Of a DNA stretch of 64,000 nucleotides, positions 39,440 to 48,234 are shown in pieces (within the stretch, counting starts at the first letter, position 1; every line of letters starts with the position of its first letter). The translations under genes and the position numbers were made by a program. The notes below the pieces were generated by a model. That model was given only the letters and a program-made list of their open reading frames with translations, did not search any database and had not been told where the DNA came from. The stretch comes from a virus (taxonomy: Duplodnaviria; Heunggongvirae; Uroviricota; Caudoviricetes), in the IMG/VR virus record IMGVR_UViG_2740892441_000001; one strand, given 5' to 3'.

Positions 39440-39874
39440 TGGGTCGCGAAACAGCATGTCGGCCATTTGCGAGGATTTGACGTAGCACTTTGCCATCATC
39501 GGCTGACTAGGGTTTGATGCGATCATGTCGGACACCAGCATTGACCCATAGCCTTTTCCGCGAAGCTCTTTGACAATACTGACGGCACGGAGTTCAAGTC
39601 AAGGTGCGCCAGTCGGATCGAGTGCGGCACAGAACCAGATTAGTCCTACTTTTTGTCATCAGAACGATGCAGCAGGATGTAGATAAAATGCCCGGAGTAT
39701 TGGCCCCGCTCGTTCGTCTTGATTGCCAGTCTGGTCTGCTGCTCAAAGGTTTTACCCCCCCTTTGATGTGAGGATCTCTTCGTAGAAGTGACCTTTGCGT
39801 GCGCCGTCCTCGAACTCAGCCATGATAAAAGGCATGTCTGTCACAGTTGCTGCCCTTGAATAAAATTCACTCAT
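39440..39874 (-). pseudogene. GNAT-family acetyltransferase remnant with frameshifts
   Basis: MSEFYSRAATVTDMPFIMAEFEDGARKGHFYEE in one frame and KGYGSMLVSDMIASNP in another; G7 homopolymer at the shift. Confidence 0.35.
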
Positions 39875-39930
39875 GTATTAATCCTAAAAGCCCTCAGTGT
39901 CTTTCTAATGCACCATATTTTATGCCTCGG

Positions 39931-40593
39931 TTAAACCCTGAGATTACGTTTAAAACGTCTCAGTGGCTTTTTACGCGCTGCGTTTATGCTTATGACGCCA
40001 GCTTTTGGACGTGGGTCAACAAGGTTAAGCTCTTCTTCGCTGTGGTATTCGAGGTCGAACTCACGTTTTACATGTCTGATGTAGATTGCGGTGAGCAGGC
40101 TATCTTTGGTCAGAAAGTGTCCGTAGGATTTGCGGATCACTTCTTCTACCTTCTCGATTTTCTCACCACCCATACAGAGATGATTAAACCGGCTGTGTTT
40201 CCGCAACATTTCGTCTACTGGGCCTGAGTAAACCTTGTCTACTTTCCCAAAACGGATGATTTTCCCTGTGTCTGCGGATACGAGGCAAATCAGCTTGTCT
40301 GGTGATAAACGATCTCGCCACGTCACACCTGAACGGAGTGTGTTGAAGTAGGGCGCATCCAATCCGATGATCGGTTTACGAAATGCGAGCAATGGAACGT
40401 ACCTGATACAACTATTCAAATGAAAGTTCACACCAGCCTTATCAAGTTTAATTCTGGTTTCGTAGATCGGGCACTTCGCCGCTATACCGCAGATATCACA
40501 AAGTAACTTCTGCTTATTCAGGTTGGAATTTGATTCGATAGTGTAGGAGCCGTCCTCAAGACGACGAACCCAGCGCGTGCGTTTTAGATCCAT
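39931..40593 (-). CDS. hypothetical protein with N-terminal CxxC pair
   Basis: 220 aa ORF. Confidence 0.5.
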   Translation of the reverse strand: MDLKRTRWVRRLEDGSYTIESNSNLNKQKLLCDICGIAAKCPIYETRIKLDKAGVNFHLNSCIRYVPLLAFRKPIIGLDAPYFNTLRSGVTWRDRLSPDKLICLVSADTGKIIRFGKVDKVYSGPVDEMLRKHSRFNHLCMGGEKIEKVEEVIRKSYGHFLTKDSLLTAIYIRHVKREFDLEYHSEEELNLVDPRPKAGVISINAARKKPLRRFKRNLRV

Positions 40594-40692
40594 AATCGTT
40601 TTTTCAGTAGTTATTGGCCGATGCTACGATAACTCATTAGGCATACCTTAATCTGCATTTGCCTGTTTTACTTATCCCAGTTATCCACTGGA

Positions 40693-40752
40693 TAGATCCA
40701 AATAAGAGATCCCAAGTAAGATCAAATAGAAGATCCAAAGAGATCCCCGATC
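40693..40752. promoter_or_regulatory. GATC (Dam site) cluster, six sites in about 60 bp
   Basis: GATC repeated at 10-13 bp spacing; typical of Dam-controlled origins. Confidence 0.45.
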
Positions 40753-40792
40753 GCCTCTAGCCGTTGCGGTTACTGGTCTGAAAGGGTGTTGC

Positions 40793-40900
40793 CATCCACT
40801 ATGGAGAGCAAAGAAACCTCTGTAGAGAGCTGAATAACCGCTATGAAGAGTAAAACAACCACTCTGGAGAGCTGTATATATCCACTGTAGAGAGTAGAGC
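40793..40900. repeat. iteron array 1 (about five ~21 bp direct repeats, ACCACT.T.GAGAG-type)
   Basis: Direct repeats at regular ~21 bp spacing. Confidence 0.5.
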
Positions 40901-41006
40901 ACATTGTCTTTTATGGATAACTTAATGACTTAATTCTTCATTAACATACTGATATACATAGATATATTTTAAACTCTACTCTTAGTCATGATTCTTATGT
41001 CCTTAA

Positions 41007-41015
41007 ATATCCACA
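41007..41015. promoter_or_regulatory. DnaA-box-like ATATCCACA
   Basis: 8/9 match to TTATCCACA. Confidence 0.4.
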
Positions 41016-41053
41016 GAAGAGTAGAGTTACCTGTTCTTGAAATCCTCTGATTT

Positions 41054-41062
41054 TTATCCACA
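41054..41062. promoter_or_regulatory. DnaA box TTATCCACA
   Basis: 9/9 match to consensus. Confidence 0.5.
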
Positions 41063-41171
41063 GGCCCGATCCAGTAATTCAGATCACAAAGAGAACCAAA
41101 GAGACCCATAAAGACCCAATAAGATCCCCGCCCACCTCAAACCGTTGTGCCATCTGCCTTCAGACATGATC

Positions 41172-41300
41172 GATATCCACTATAGAGAGCGAATAATCCA
41201 CTATAGGGAGCAAAGCAACCACTATAGAGAGGAGAAAAACCACTATAGACGGTAGGATAACCGCTGTGATGAGTGCTACTATCCACTGTAATCAGCAAAG
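41172..41300. repeat. iteron array 2 upstream of repA (six ~21 bp direct repeats ATCCACTATAGAGAG-type)
   Basis: Regular direct repeats ending about 35 bp before the repA start. Confidence 0.6.
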
Positions 41301-41336
41301 GCCACCAAAGCCGTCGAATAACAAGAGACATTTGGA

Positions 41337-42392
41337 ATGAGCGAAAACGGCAATAAAAACATAGCGATCGTTGAAGCATTTTCAGAAACAGATAAAAAGA
41401 CAGGCGAAGTTGTTACGTTGGTTCCTAACACTAATAACACTGTTCAGCCTGTTGCTTTGATGCGTCTGGGCCTCTTCGTTCCGACGCTGAAATCGACATC
41501 CAGAGGAAGAAAGGGGCAAATGGTCTCTATGGATGCCTCTGCTGAACTCAAACAGCTGTCTCTGGCAAAAGCCGAAGGGTACGAAGACATAAGGATCTCT
41601 GGCCTTCGGCTTGATATGGATAACGACTTTAAAACGTGGGTGGGAATAATCCACGCGTTTGCCAAACACAAGGTCGTTGGCGATACTGTCACGTTGCCGT
41701 TCGTTGAGTTTGTAAGGCTGTGTGGCATTCCGACCGCCAGGTCATCAGCGAAGTTACGCAAACGCCTGGACAGTTCGCTAAGCCGTATTGCCACAAATAC
41801 CATCTCGTTCCGTAGCAAAGGCTCTGATGAGTTTTACGTAACGCATCTTGTGCAAACGGCAAAATATAGTGTCAAGCACGATACGGTCGAACTGAAAGCA
41901 GATCCCAAGATTTTCGAACTCTACCAGTTCGACAAAAAGGTTCTTCTGCAACTCCGGGCTATAAACGAACTCTCAAGAAAAGAATCCGCTCAGGCGCTTT
42001 ATACTTTTATTGAAAGTTTGCCGCCTGATCCGGCACCAATATCACTAGCCCGTTTACGCGCCAGACTTAATCTGACAAGTCGCACTATTACTCAGAATGC
42101 GACGGTAAGAAAGGCTATGGAACAGCTGCGAGAGATAGGATATCTCGATTACACGGAAGTTAAGCGCGGAAACTCGGTCTACTTCGTCATCCACTATAGG
42201 CGGCCAAAGTTACGCCAGGCACAAATATCAACAAAAATCGATAATGATGAGACGGAATATAGCCTCCCAGATGAGAATCAAGATGACATTATCGACGTTG
42301 TGCCTGACGAAAAAGAAGGCAAAATGGTCATGTTGAGTAAAGAAGAACTGGCGCTTCTCGAAGAGTTGCGCAAGGCAAAGACTCGCAAATAG
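41337..42392 (+). CDS. repA: plasmid replication initiator RepA (P1/P7-type, iteron-binding)
   Basis: [16 protein letters not shown] and [19 protein letters not shown] resemble P1 RepA as recalled; flanked by iteron arrays. Confidence 0.8.
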   Translation: MSENGNKNIAIVEAFSETDKKTGEVVTLVPNTNNTVQPVALMRLGLFVPTLKSTSRGRKGQMVSMDASAELKQLSLAKAEGYEDIRISGLRLDMDNDFKTWVGIIHAFAKHKVVGDTVTLPFVEFVRLCGIPTARSSAKLRKRLDSSLSRIATNTISFRSKGSDEFYVTHLVQTAKYSVKHDTVELKADPKIFELYQFDKKVLLQLRAINELSRKESAQALYTFIESLPPDPAPISLARLRARLNLTSRTITQNATVRKAMEQLREIGYLDYTEVKRGNSVYFVIHYRRPKLRQAQISTKIDNDETEYSLPDENQDDIIDVVPDEKEGKMVMLSKEELALLEELRKAKTRK

Positions 42393-42404
42393 CCCAACCA
42401 CTGT

Positions 42405-42875
42405 AGTTAGTAGTAAGGCTCACTATCCACTGTAGTGAGCCTTACTTATATCTGTAATTCGCTATCCACTATAGTGAGTATCGTTATCTGTTGATAACCA
42501 CTGTAGGCAGTAGAATGCAAATACTGAATCAAATGTTAGTGATCACTAACACTGATGAAACAAGGGCTGCGAGGTTAGTGGTCACTGGGTATCTTGGAAA
42601 ATTTACTGTCTATAGTGGTTGTTGTCGCCCTCATCTTTGAGCGTATCCACTGTGGCGAGTGGATATCCACTGAAAACAGCAAAGGCTTACTCACCATAGT
42701 GGATACCCGCTGGACATCTCACTCCAATACTCACCATAGTGGTTGTTTGATGCGAATGAAAGGCTGTCTACTCGCTACAGTGGTTAGCAGATATGTAGGA
42801 AGAGAGGACTGCAGACCACAGTGGATAATGAGCTGATACGAATGCGGTGAGCTGGCTACTCACCGCAGTGGTTGG
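42405..42875. repeat. iteron array 3 downstream of repA (about 12 copies of CCACT(A/G)TAG in both orientations)
   Basis: Same core as the upstream iterons; resembles P1 incA-type copy-control arrays. Confidence 0.6.
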
Positions 42876-42880
42876 TGCTA

Positions 42881-43093
42881 TTAGTGTATTTTCTTCAACA
42901 GGCCCCAAAGTGTTCCGGCTTTTGTAGTCAGTTTTCCTGTTTCTGGATCGTACATACGCCATTCACGCCGCTGGTGGACGATATACCCATCTTCACGTTC
43001 CAGACGCTCAAGAATGCCAGGCTGCTTGAAACCCTTAGCACGCCAGTATCCGCTTGTTTTCTCGATTTCCAGACCTGCCAGTGTTAATGCCAT
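42881..43093 (-). CDS. hypothetical small protein
   Basis: 70 aa ORF. Confidence 0.3.
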   Translation of the reverse strand: MALTLAGLEIEKTSGYWRAKGFKQPGILERLEREDGYIVHQRREWRMYDPETGKLTTKAGTLWGLLKKIH

Positions 43094-43428
43094 TATCCAA
43101 CCTCCTTGCAGTCATCGAAAAGGTAGCTTTGCTGAGAAGCGTGCACGCCATAGAAGCCCTTGTATTTGTTGTATACGAAGTGGTCTTCTCCGACGCCGGT
43201 TAATTTGCCATTACGGTTTGTGAGATATGGGGATGACAATACTCGATCGTCACGCACAACATAGAACTGGTCGCCGCTGTCTACGACCATCGCTCCATAT
43301 GGTGCTTTTATGACGTCGGTAAGAGCGCCATTCTTAACGTCGGCTACAGACATTTCACACTGATAAACAGTGGTGTCGGCCACAACGATCGAGGAAAGGA
43401 ACAACAGAGCGAATGGGATGGCCTTCAT
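43093..43428 (-). CDS. hypothetical secreted protein (N-terminal signal peptide)
   Basis: MKAIPFALLFLSSIVVA hydrophobic leader. Confidence 0.45.
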   Translation of the reverse strand: MKAIPFALLFLSSIVVADTTVYQCEMSVADVKNGALTDVIKAPYGAMVVDSGDQFYVVRDDRVLSSPYLTNRNGKLTGVGEDHFVYNKYKGFYGVHASQQSYLFDDCKEVG

Positions 43429-43643
43429 GCTGCCACCTCTTTGATTACATCAAATGCTGAATTAAATACGAGCACGATAGCCAAAGCGTTTATGACTACA
43501 TCGTTCACCGGGGAAAAGACTTTACGAATGACACCAGTGAAAATGCAGTCGATGACAAAAGCTATTGACACGATGAGTAACAAGTATTCAATAAAAATCT
43601 TCATGATAGGTAGATACTAACTTATATAAATTTTACTGTAAAC

Positions 43644-43919
43644 TCACTCAAAAGTGCTGATGCTTAAAATACGCTCAAGATGTGCGGCATCTTCATCACT
43701 GATTTGTTGAGTCTCTTCTACGTACCAACAGTTGCCGTTATGCCAACAAACACCATCATCATCAACCATCACTGAATCAGCGTCATAACCTGTATATCCA
43801 ACGAGAATACGCTGGATCAGCGCGTCAGTTTCTTCGTCGTTAAGGCCATCGGCTTTGACCATAAAAAGCGGAAACACGTCATAGACAGTGCTGGTAACGA
43901 TTCGAACTAAAACTCTCAT
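43644..43919 (-). CDS. hypothetical protein
   Basis: 91 aa; AAGGAAAAACAC-ATG initiation region. Confidence 0.5.
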   Translation of the reverse strand: MRVLVRIVTSTVYDVFPLFMVKADGLNDEETDALIQRILVGYTGYDADSVMVDDDGVCWHNGNCWYVEETQQISDEDAAHLERILSISTFE

Positions 43920-43974
43920 GTGTTTTTCCTTTTGTGGTTAGTGTTTACTTATTTTGTTAGTTATGAATAGGCGA

Positions 43975-44400
43975 TCAATCTTCTTGTTTAGGGAAAAACT
44001 GTTCAATAACTCTGTCAACGGCTGTGTCTATATGGAGTAGATGCCACACAACCATATCTTTGCTTCCCATGCCTTGTGTGAATATCACGTCATACTTACG
44101 CCATGCGCAGTGGAACCAATATGCTGAGTCATCAATTGGTAAATCCTCTCCCGCCTCTTTGAAGTATTTCAGCAGCATTGCTTGCTCTGCCGTTGGCGTT
44201 GGGCCTATTTCCTGAGCGTACATACGGATAAATCGCTGCCAGTCTGTCTCGTCGGGGGTTGGATCTGGTGGGGTCATTTCTGCGATAGCGTTTCGTAGCT
44301 GATGTGCCCAATCAGGTTCAGGAAAGCCTTTTGATACTTCATCATCAATAACATCCAGAGCCACGTTTGCGGCATCGTAGAGTTTCTTAATAGCTGTCAT
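43975..44400 (-). CDS. hypothetical protein
   Basis: 141 aa; promoter motif upstream. Confidence 0.5.
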   Translation of the reverse strand: MTAIKKLYDAANVALDVIDDEVSKGFPEPDWAHQLRNAIAEMTPPDPTPDETDWQRFIRMYAQEIGPTPTAEQAMLLKYFKEAGEDLPIDDSAYWFHCAWRKYDVIFTQGMGSKDMVVWHLLHIDTAVDRVIEQFFPKQED

Positions 44401-44416
44401 GTTTTCTTATCCTTTT

Positions 44417-44458
44417 AAACAAATTGTTTTCTTAATAAGATAATTGCGATAAAAAAGG
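44417..44458 (-). promoter_or_regulatory. conserved early-promoter-like motif
   Basis: AAACAAATTGTTTTCTTAATAAGATAATTGCGAT. Confidence 0.35.
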
Positions 44459-44481
44459 CGTCCAACTGGACGCCTGAACTT
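44455..44481 (-). terminator. rho-independent terminator (AGGCGTCC..GGACGCCT + U-run)
   Basis: Hairpin with T-run on minus strand just after the SPFH gene stop. Confidence 0.5.
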
Positions 44482-44491
44482 TTTAGGGGAG

Positions 44492-45322
44492 TTATTTCAC
44501 TGTAATGAAAGGAGTGTTAGCCCCTTGAGTCATGTACTGCGGTAACTGGCCATTCCATTTATTGATGGCTTCCAGTTCCATAACGTTCGGGTTTTGACGC
44601 AGAGCTTCACCGCGCAGACGAATGGCGTCTGCTTCTGCTTGCGCACGAGCACGGATAGCATCAGCTTCACCATTAGCCTGTTCACGTAGCATATTCGCCT
44701 CAGCTTTACGTTGTTCAACTTCCTGCTGACGTTGCAGAGTACGCTGGTTAGCCGTTACTTTGGCGTTAATAGATTCAATGACAGTTTTTGGGTAATCAGG
44801 CTTTCCAACCCATGACAGGCTCAGTACCTCAATACCAACCGGAGACATCTCTTTCTGAATATCTTTCAGTGCGTTGTCCAGCAATTGTGCCTTACCACCG
44901 TCGATAAATGAGTCAGTGGTCATACGGCTGGCCAAACGGTTTAGAGAGTCGGCAATTTTCTGACGCAGATCTGATTCGGTGATATCGTCTACGCCTTTGC
45001 GATAGGTCTGGAACACCGTAGTTACCTTGTCACGATTAACCAGATACGCAACGCCAATTTTGTGACCAATAGCAGTACCGTCACTCATCTGGAATGTGAA
45101 CGGCTCGTCGTAGGTCTTCATTTGTTTGAAGGTCGGGAATACGTAAAGTTCGGTGTTAAGACCTGTCCATTGGCGACCAACGCCAACCACTTCACCAATC
45201 CCTTTGTCTTCACCTAATTTGTTTACTTTGATGCCAACGTATCCAGGCTCAACGCGATCGCAGCCAGTAAGACCCATTGTGCAAATAGCCGCCAGAGCAA
45301 CTGCAAGTAAACCTTTCTTCAT
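44492..45322 (-). CDS. SPFH/band-7 domain lipoprotein
   Basis: Lipobox LTGC; band-7 core; C-terminal coiled coil rich in A/E/R/Q. Confidence 0.65.
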   Translation of the reverse strand: MKKGLLAVALAAICTMGLTGCDRVEPGYVGIKVNKLGEDKGIGEVVGVGRQWTGLNTELYVFPTFKQMKTYDEPFTFQMSDGTAIGHKIGVAYLVNRDKVTTVFQTYRKGVDDITESDLRQKIADSLNRLASRMTTDSFIDGGKAQLLDNALKDIQKEMSPVGIEVLSLSWVGKPDYPKTVIESINAKVTANQRTLQRQQEVEQRKAEANMLREQANGEADAIRARAQAEADAIRLRGEALRQNPNVMELEAINKWNGQLPQYMTQGANTPFITVK

Positions 45323-45325
45323 TAC

Positions 45326-45526
45326 TTACTTCTCCTTCGAATTGATGAGTGACTTTAGAAACTTACGACCTGCAATAAACCCGATCACAGGAGCACCAAA
45401 AGCAACGATGATTCCAAGCATTACGGCAATGTCGCTTTTAGCAGAGATCAGCGACGGAACCAGCAAACAGTAGATGAAAACTACAGATAGACCTGTAACT
45501 ACTGCCATAAGATAGAGTTTGATCAT
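45326..45526 (-). CDS. small membrane protein (NfeD-like partner candidate)
   Basis: 66 aa, two hydrophobic helices, immediately upstream of the SPFH gene. Confidence 0.45.
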   Translation of the reverse strand: MIKLYLMAVVTGLSVVFIYCLLVPSLISAKSDIAVMLGIIVAFGAPVIGFIAGRKFLKSLINSKEK

Positions 45527-45558
45527 GTGTTTTCCTATGTGGTTATTGTGTGCTAATG

Positions 45559-45574
45559 ATAAGTAAGTACTTAT
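45559..45574. promoter_or_regulatory. palindrome ATAAGTA-AG-TACTTAT (motif B)
   Basis: 7-bp inverted repeat. Confidence 0.3.
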
Positions 45575-45592
45575 ACATTTTCAACATACAAT

Positions 45593-45614
45593 AAAGGCGT
45601 CCGTTTGGACGCCT
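45593..45614 (-). terminator. rho-independent terminator after the recA-like gene
   Basis: AGGCGTCC..GGACGCCT hairpin + T-rich tail on minus strand. Confidence 0.45.
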
Positions 45615-45619
45615 GATAA

Positions 45620-47959
45620 TTAATCTTCTAGTTCTTCTGTTGGTGATGTCTTCTCTCGTCGGTCATCTATCGCCTGTAACGCAGCAATGATTTCAGCCAG
45701 TGGCTTCTCCCGATACATCTCGACGATCTGCGATTTGGTGTATTTCTTGTCACCAATTTCAACTCTCCCGCTGGCGTTCTTTGGCAGGTATCCTTCTTCC
45801 AGCATGTACTCGACGAGCGATTCGATAACGTCGAGGCCACGAGTAGGATCGAAGTAGAATTTCCAGGTGCATTTGCCATACGGTGGTGCAACTTTGTTTT
45901 TGATGCACTCTGCGCCTACGTCCTGACCGATCTTCTCTTTCCCATCCTTCATCACCGATGCACCGAGACGGATGCGCACAGAAGCGTAAAACTTCGGTGA
46001 ATCGCCGCCTGGAGACGTAGTAGGGTCGCCAAACATTACACCGATTTTTGTGCGAACCTGATTCAAGAAGATGATGCAGGCGTTGTATTTGCGTGCCCAC
46101 AAAGCCAGAGTAGGGAAGTTCGCACTCGTCGCACGCGCCAGTGCCGTATTGTCGTTCATGTTTAGCTGATCTTTGTCTTTGGCTGTGCCTTCAGCCATCT
46201 TTTCGAACTTCTCGGCTTTGGAGTTCGGAACCATAGACGCAAGAGAGTCAGCCACGATACAGATAGGTGCTGATTCGGGGATAAGCTCTTCATCACGAAC
46301 CAATTTAAGTATTGTGCCGATCAACTCTACAGAGTCTTCGAAGGTATCTGGCTGCTTGTATACCCACTGACCGTCATCCTCATCTGCATTCAAACCATTG
46401 GCTACAGCCAGGCCAACGTCAAAACTGTTTTCATGATCGAGGAATACCGCCAGACCATCTTGTTTTTGAGCGGAGATCATCGCTGCTGTTGCAAGGAATG
46501 TGTTGTGGCTGATAATCCCGTTAGACCAGAAAGAGTGTGTTTCCGGCATCGCTACGTCGAACGTTGGTGCTTCACCTTCCTCAATAGCCACGACTTCGTC
46601 GTAGAACAAGTTAGAGCCAATTACCGCTGCCAGTTGTGCAAACAGATGCTCGTTAAAACGATTCTTTCTGCCAATGAAGGAGACATAGATTTCTCGCAGT
46701 TTGTCTATTCCGACACGATCGCCGCGGCCAATAACGTGGTCTACCAGAGCGTAGTCTTCACGGGTGGTCTTGGTGAGCGACTCGTAGAGTGATTTCACTA
46801 AGCCGCTGATGTGCGGAACATAGCCTGAGTAAGTGCGGTCAAAACCAATGTCCCGTTTGGTTGCCACTGATAAACGTGCCGGAGATTCGAAACCAATCGT
46901 TGACAGAAAAAGGTCGTAATTAGAGCCACTGAATGACAGCCGGTAATATGTATTTTCATAACCCGCGACGTGTTTTTCAGAGATAGTTGACGTAATCCCC
47001 AGATTCAGGAGCATGAGGCGAATTTGCTGTAGCAGCAGCCCACTCGCGCTCACAACCTCAATGCAGCGACCATCATTGACGTGGCATTCCAGCTCAAAGT
47101 AGCCGCGAAGGAATGCAATTTGAGCCTCGCTATTGGCGCGACGCACACTCAACGGAACCTGCTTGCCAGCAGCTTTCTCATACTCCAGACCATATTCTTT
47201 AAAAAGCAGCGAACGCACCTCTTTGCTAAACAGCACATGGTCTTCCGAGCCGTTATGTTTTCTCGTAACTGGCATCTTGTCTGATACCAGCGAAATGAGG
47301 CGGTAGTACTCATCCTTGATGAAAGGATCTGTGTTAGAAAAATTCACTGAATTTTCAGAGGCCACGTATCCGTCAGCAATTAAATAGCCCATCAGTTTTG
47401 CGATATTGGCATCCAGGTGCTGATCGCCGAATTGATGTGTGCCAACCATTGAAGGAATCGTGTCGCCTACACTGATTTTTTCAGCATGTCGCCAGACGAC
47501 ATTACCTAAGTCGTCAACCACACGGATTGGGTGACGGAACGTAGCCTCGATATAACCGCCTGATGCCAGCTTAATACGCTTGAATTTGCGACGGTTGTTC
47601 CATGTCAGGTGTGAGGTCTTCTCTATCACGCCATTTTCATTGATGAGTCCAACGTTATGCTCTACATCGCGAGTAGTGCATGTCGCTTTGTACCCTTCAA
47701 TCTCAAACAACTCTTTCACTGTTACCATTCCACGCTCCGTCAGCAGCATGGTGTCTGCGGTAACACATTTCCCCGCACTTGGAGGACCGAATACTTCGAC
47801 GATACGACCACATGGGAAACCGCCATCGTAACGACCGGAAATCGCTTTGTTTAACGGAGGAAAGCCTGTGTCAATCCAATGAGTTACTTTCTGAATTTCG
47901 TCGTTGCTACCGATTTTCTTTTTCAGAGCAAGTGCCAGTGCGGATTTTCCTTTTGCCAT
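45620..47959 (-). CDS. recA: RecA-like recombinase interrupted by an in-frame intein
   Basis: Exteins give GPPSAGK|TFLAT (Walker A) and a RecA-like C-terminal core (IFLNQVRTKIGVMFGDPTTSPGG..KFYASVRIRL); about 357 aa without the intein. Confidence 0.8.
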   Translation of the reverse strand: MAKGKSALALALKKKIGSNDEIQKVTHWIDTGFPPLNKAISGRYDGGFPCGRIVEVFGPPSAGKCVTADTMLLTERGMVTVKELFEIEGYKATCTTRDVEHNVGLINENGVIEKTSHLTWNNRRKFKRIKLASGGYIEATFRHPIRVVDDLGNVVWRHAEKISVGDTIPSMVGTHQFGDQHLDANIAKLMGYLIADGYVASENSVNFSNTDPFIKDEYYRLISLVSDKMPVTRKHNGSEDHVLFSKEVRSLLFKEYGLEYEKAAGKQVPLSVRRANSEAQIAFLRGYFELECHVNDGRCIEVVSASGLLLQQIRLMLLNLGITSTISEKHVAGYENTYYRLSFSGSNYDLFLSTIGFESPARLSVATKRDIGFDRTYSGYVPHISGLVKSLYESLTKTTREDYALVDHVIGRGDRVGIDKLREIYVSFIGRKNRFNEHLFAQLAAVIGSNLFYDEVVAIEEGEAPTFDVAMPETHSFWSNGIISHNTFLATAAMISAQKQDGLAVFLDHENSFDVGLAVANGLNADEDDGQWVYKQPDTFEDSVELIGTILKLVRDEELIPESAPICIVADSLASMVPNSKAEKFEKMAEGTAKDKDQLNMNDNTALARATSANFPTLALWARKYNACIIFLNQVRTKIGVMFGDPTTSPGGDSPKFYASVRIRLGASVMKDGKEKIGQDVGAECIKNKVAPPYGKCTWKFYFDPTRGLDVIESLVEYMLEEGYLPKNASGRVEIGDKKYTKSQIVEMYREKPLAEIIAALQAIDDRREKTSPTEELED
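46502..47767 (-). mobile_element. intein with LAGLIDADG homing-endonuclease domain inserted in the RecA P-loop
   Basis: Begins with Cys after GPPSAGK, ends ...SHN before Thr; LAGLIDADG-like blocks LMGYLIADGYV and FLRGYFELECHV; 422 aa. Confidence 0.7.
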
Positions 47960-47961
47960 GA

Positions 47962-48234
47962 TCAGGCTCCTTTTGTTTCGTTGATTCGTTTTAAAGCGGC
48001 GGATTCGTCGAATACAATCGCATCGTGGTTAAGGAGTCTGGATACACGAGCGAGGATTTTTACGACCTGCTCGCTGACTAATCCAAACTCGCGATCTGTC
48101 GCTTTCATTCCGGCAGCGCCTAGAATTGACGGCAGTGCGATGACAGCGTACTCACCGTGATAAAAGACAATCTCTTTTGCCAGTTGGGCAGGGGTGGTTG
48201 TAGCGCCATTAATAATCGATTTAAGCATTAGCAA
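47962..48234 (-). CDS. hypothetical protein
   Basis: 90 aa ORF. Confidence 0.45.
   Translation of the reverse strand: MLMLKSIINGATTTPAQLAKEIVFYHGEYAVIALPSILGAAGMKATDREFGLVSEQVVKILARVSRLLNHDAIVFDESAALKRINETKGA

Noticed and set aside
40793-42875. Possible CRISPR array suggested by regularly spaced short repeats
   Set aside because: Repeats are ~21 bp iterons at ~21 bp spacing with no unique spacers, occur in both orientations, and flank repA; no cas genes. Interpreted as plasmid iterons.
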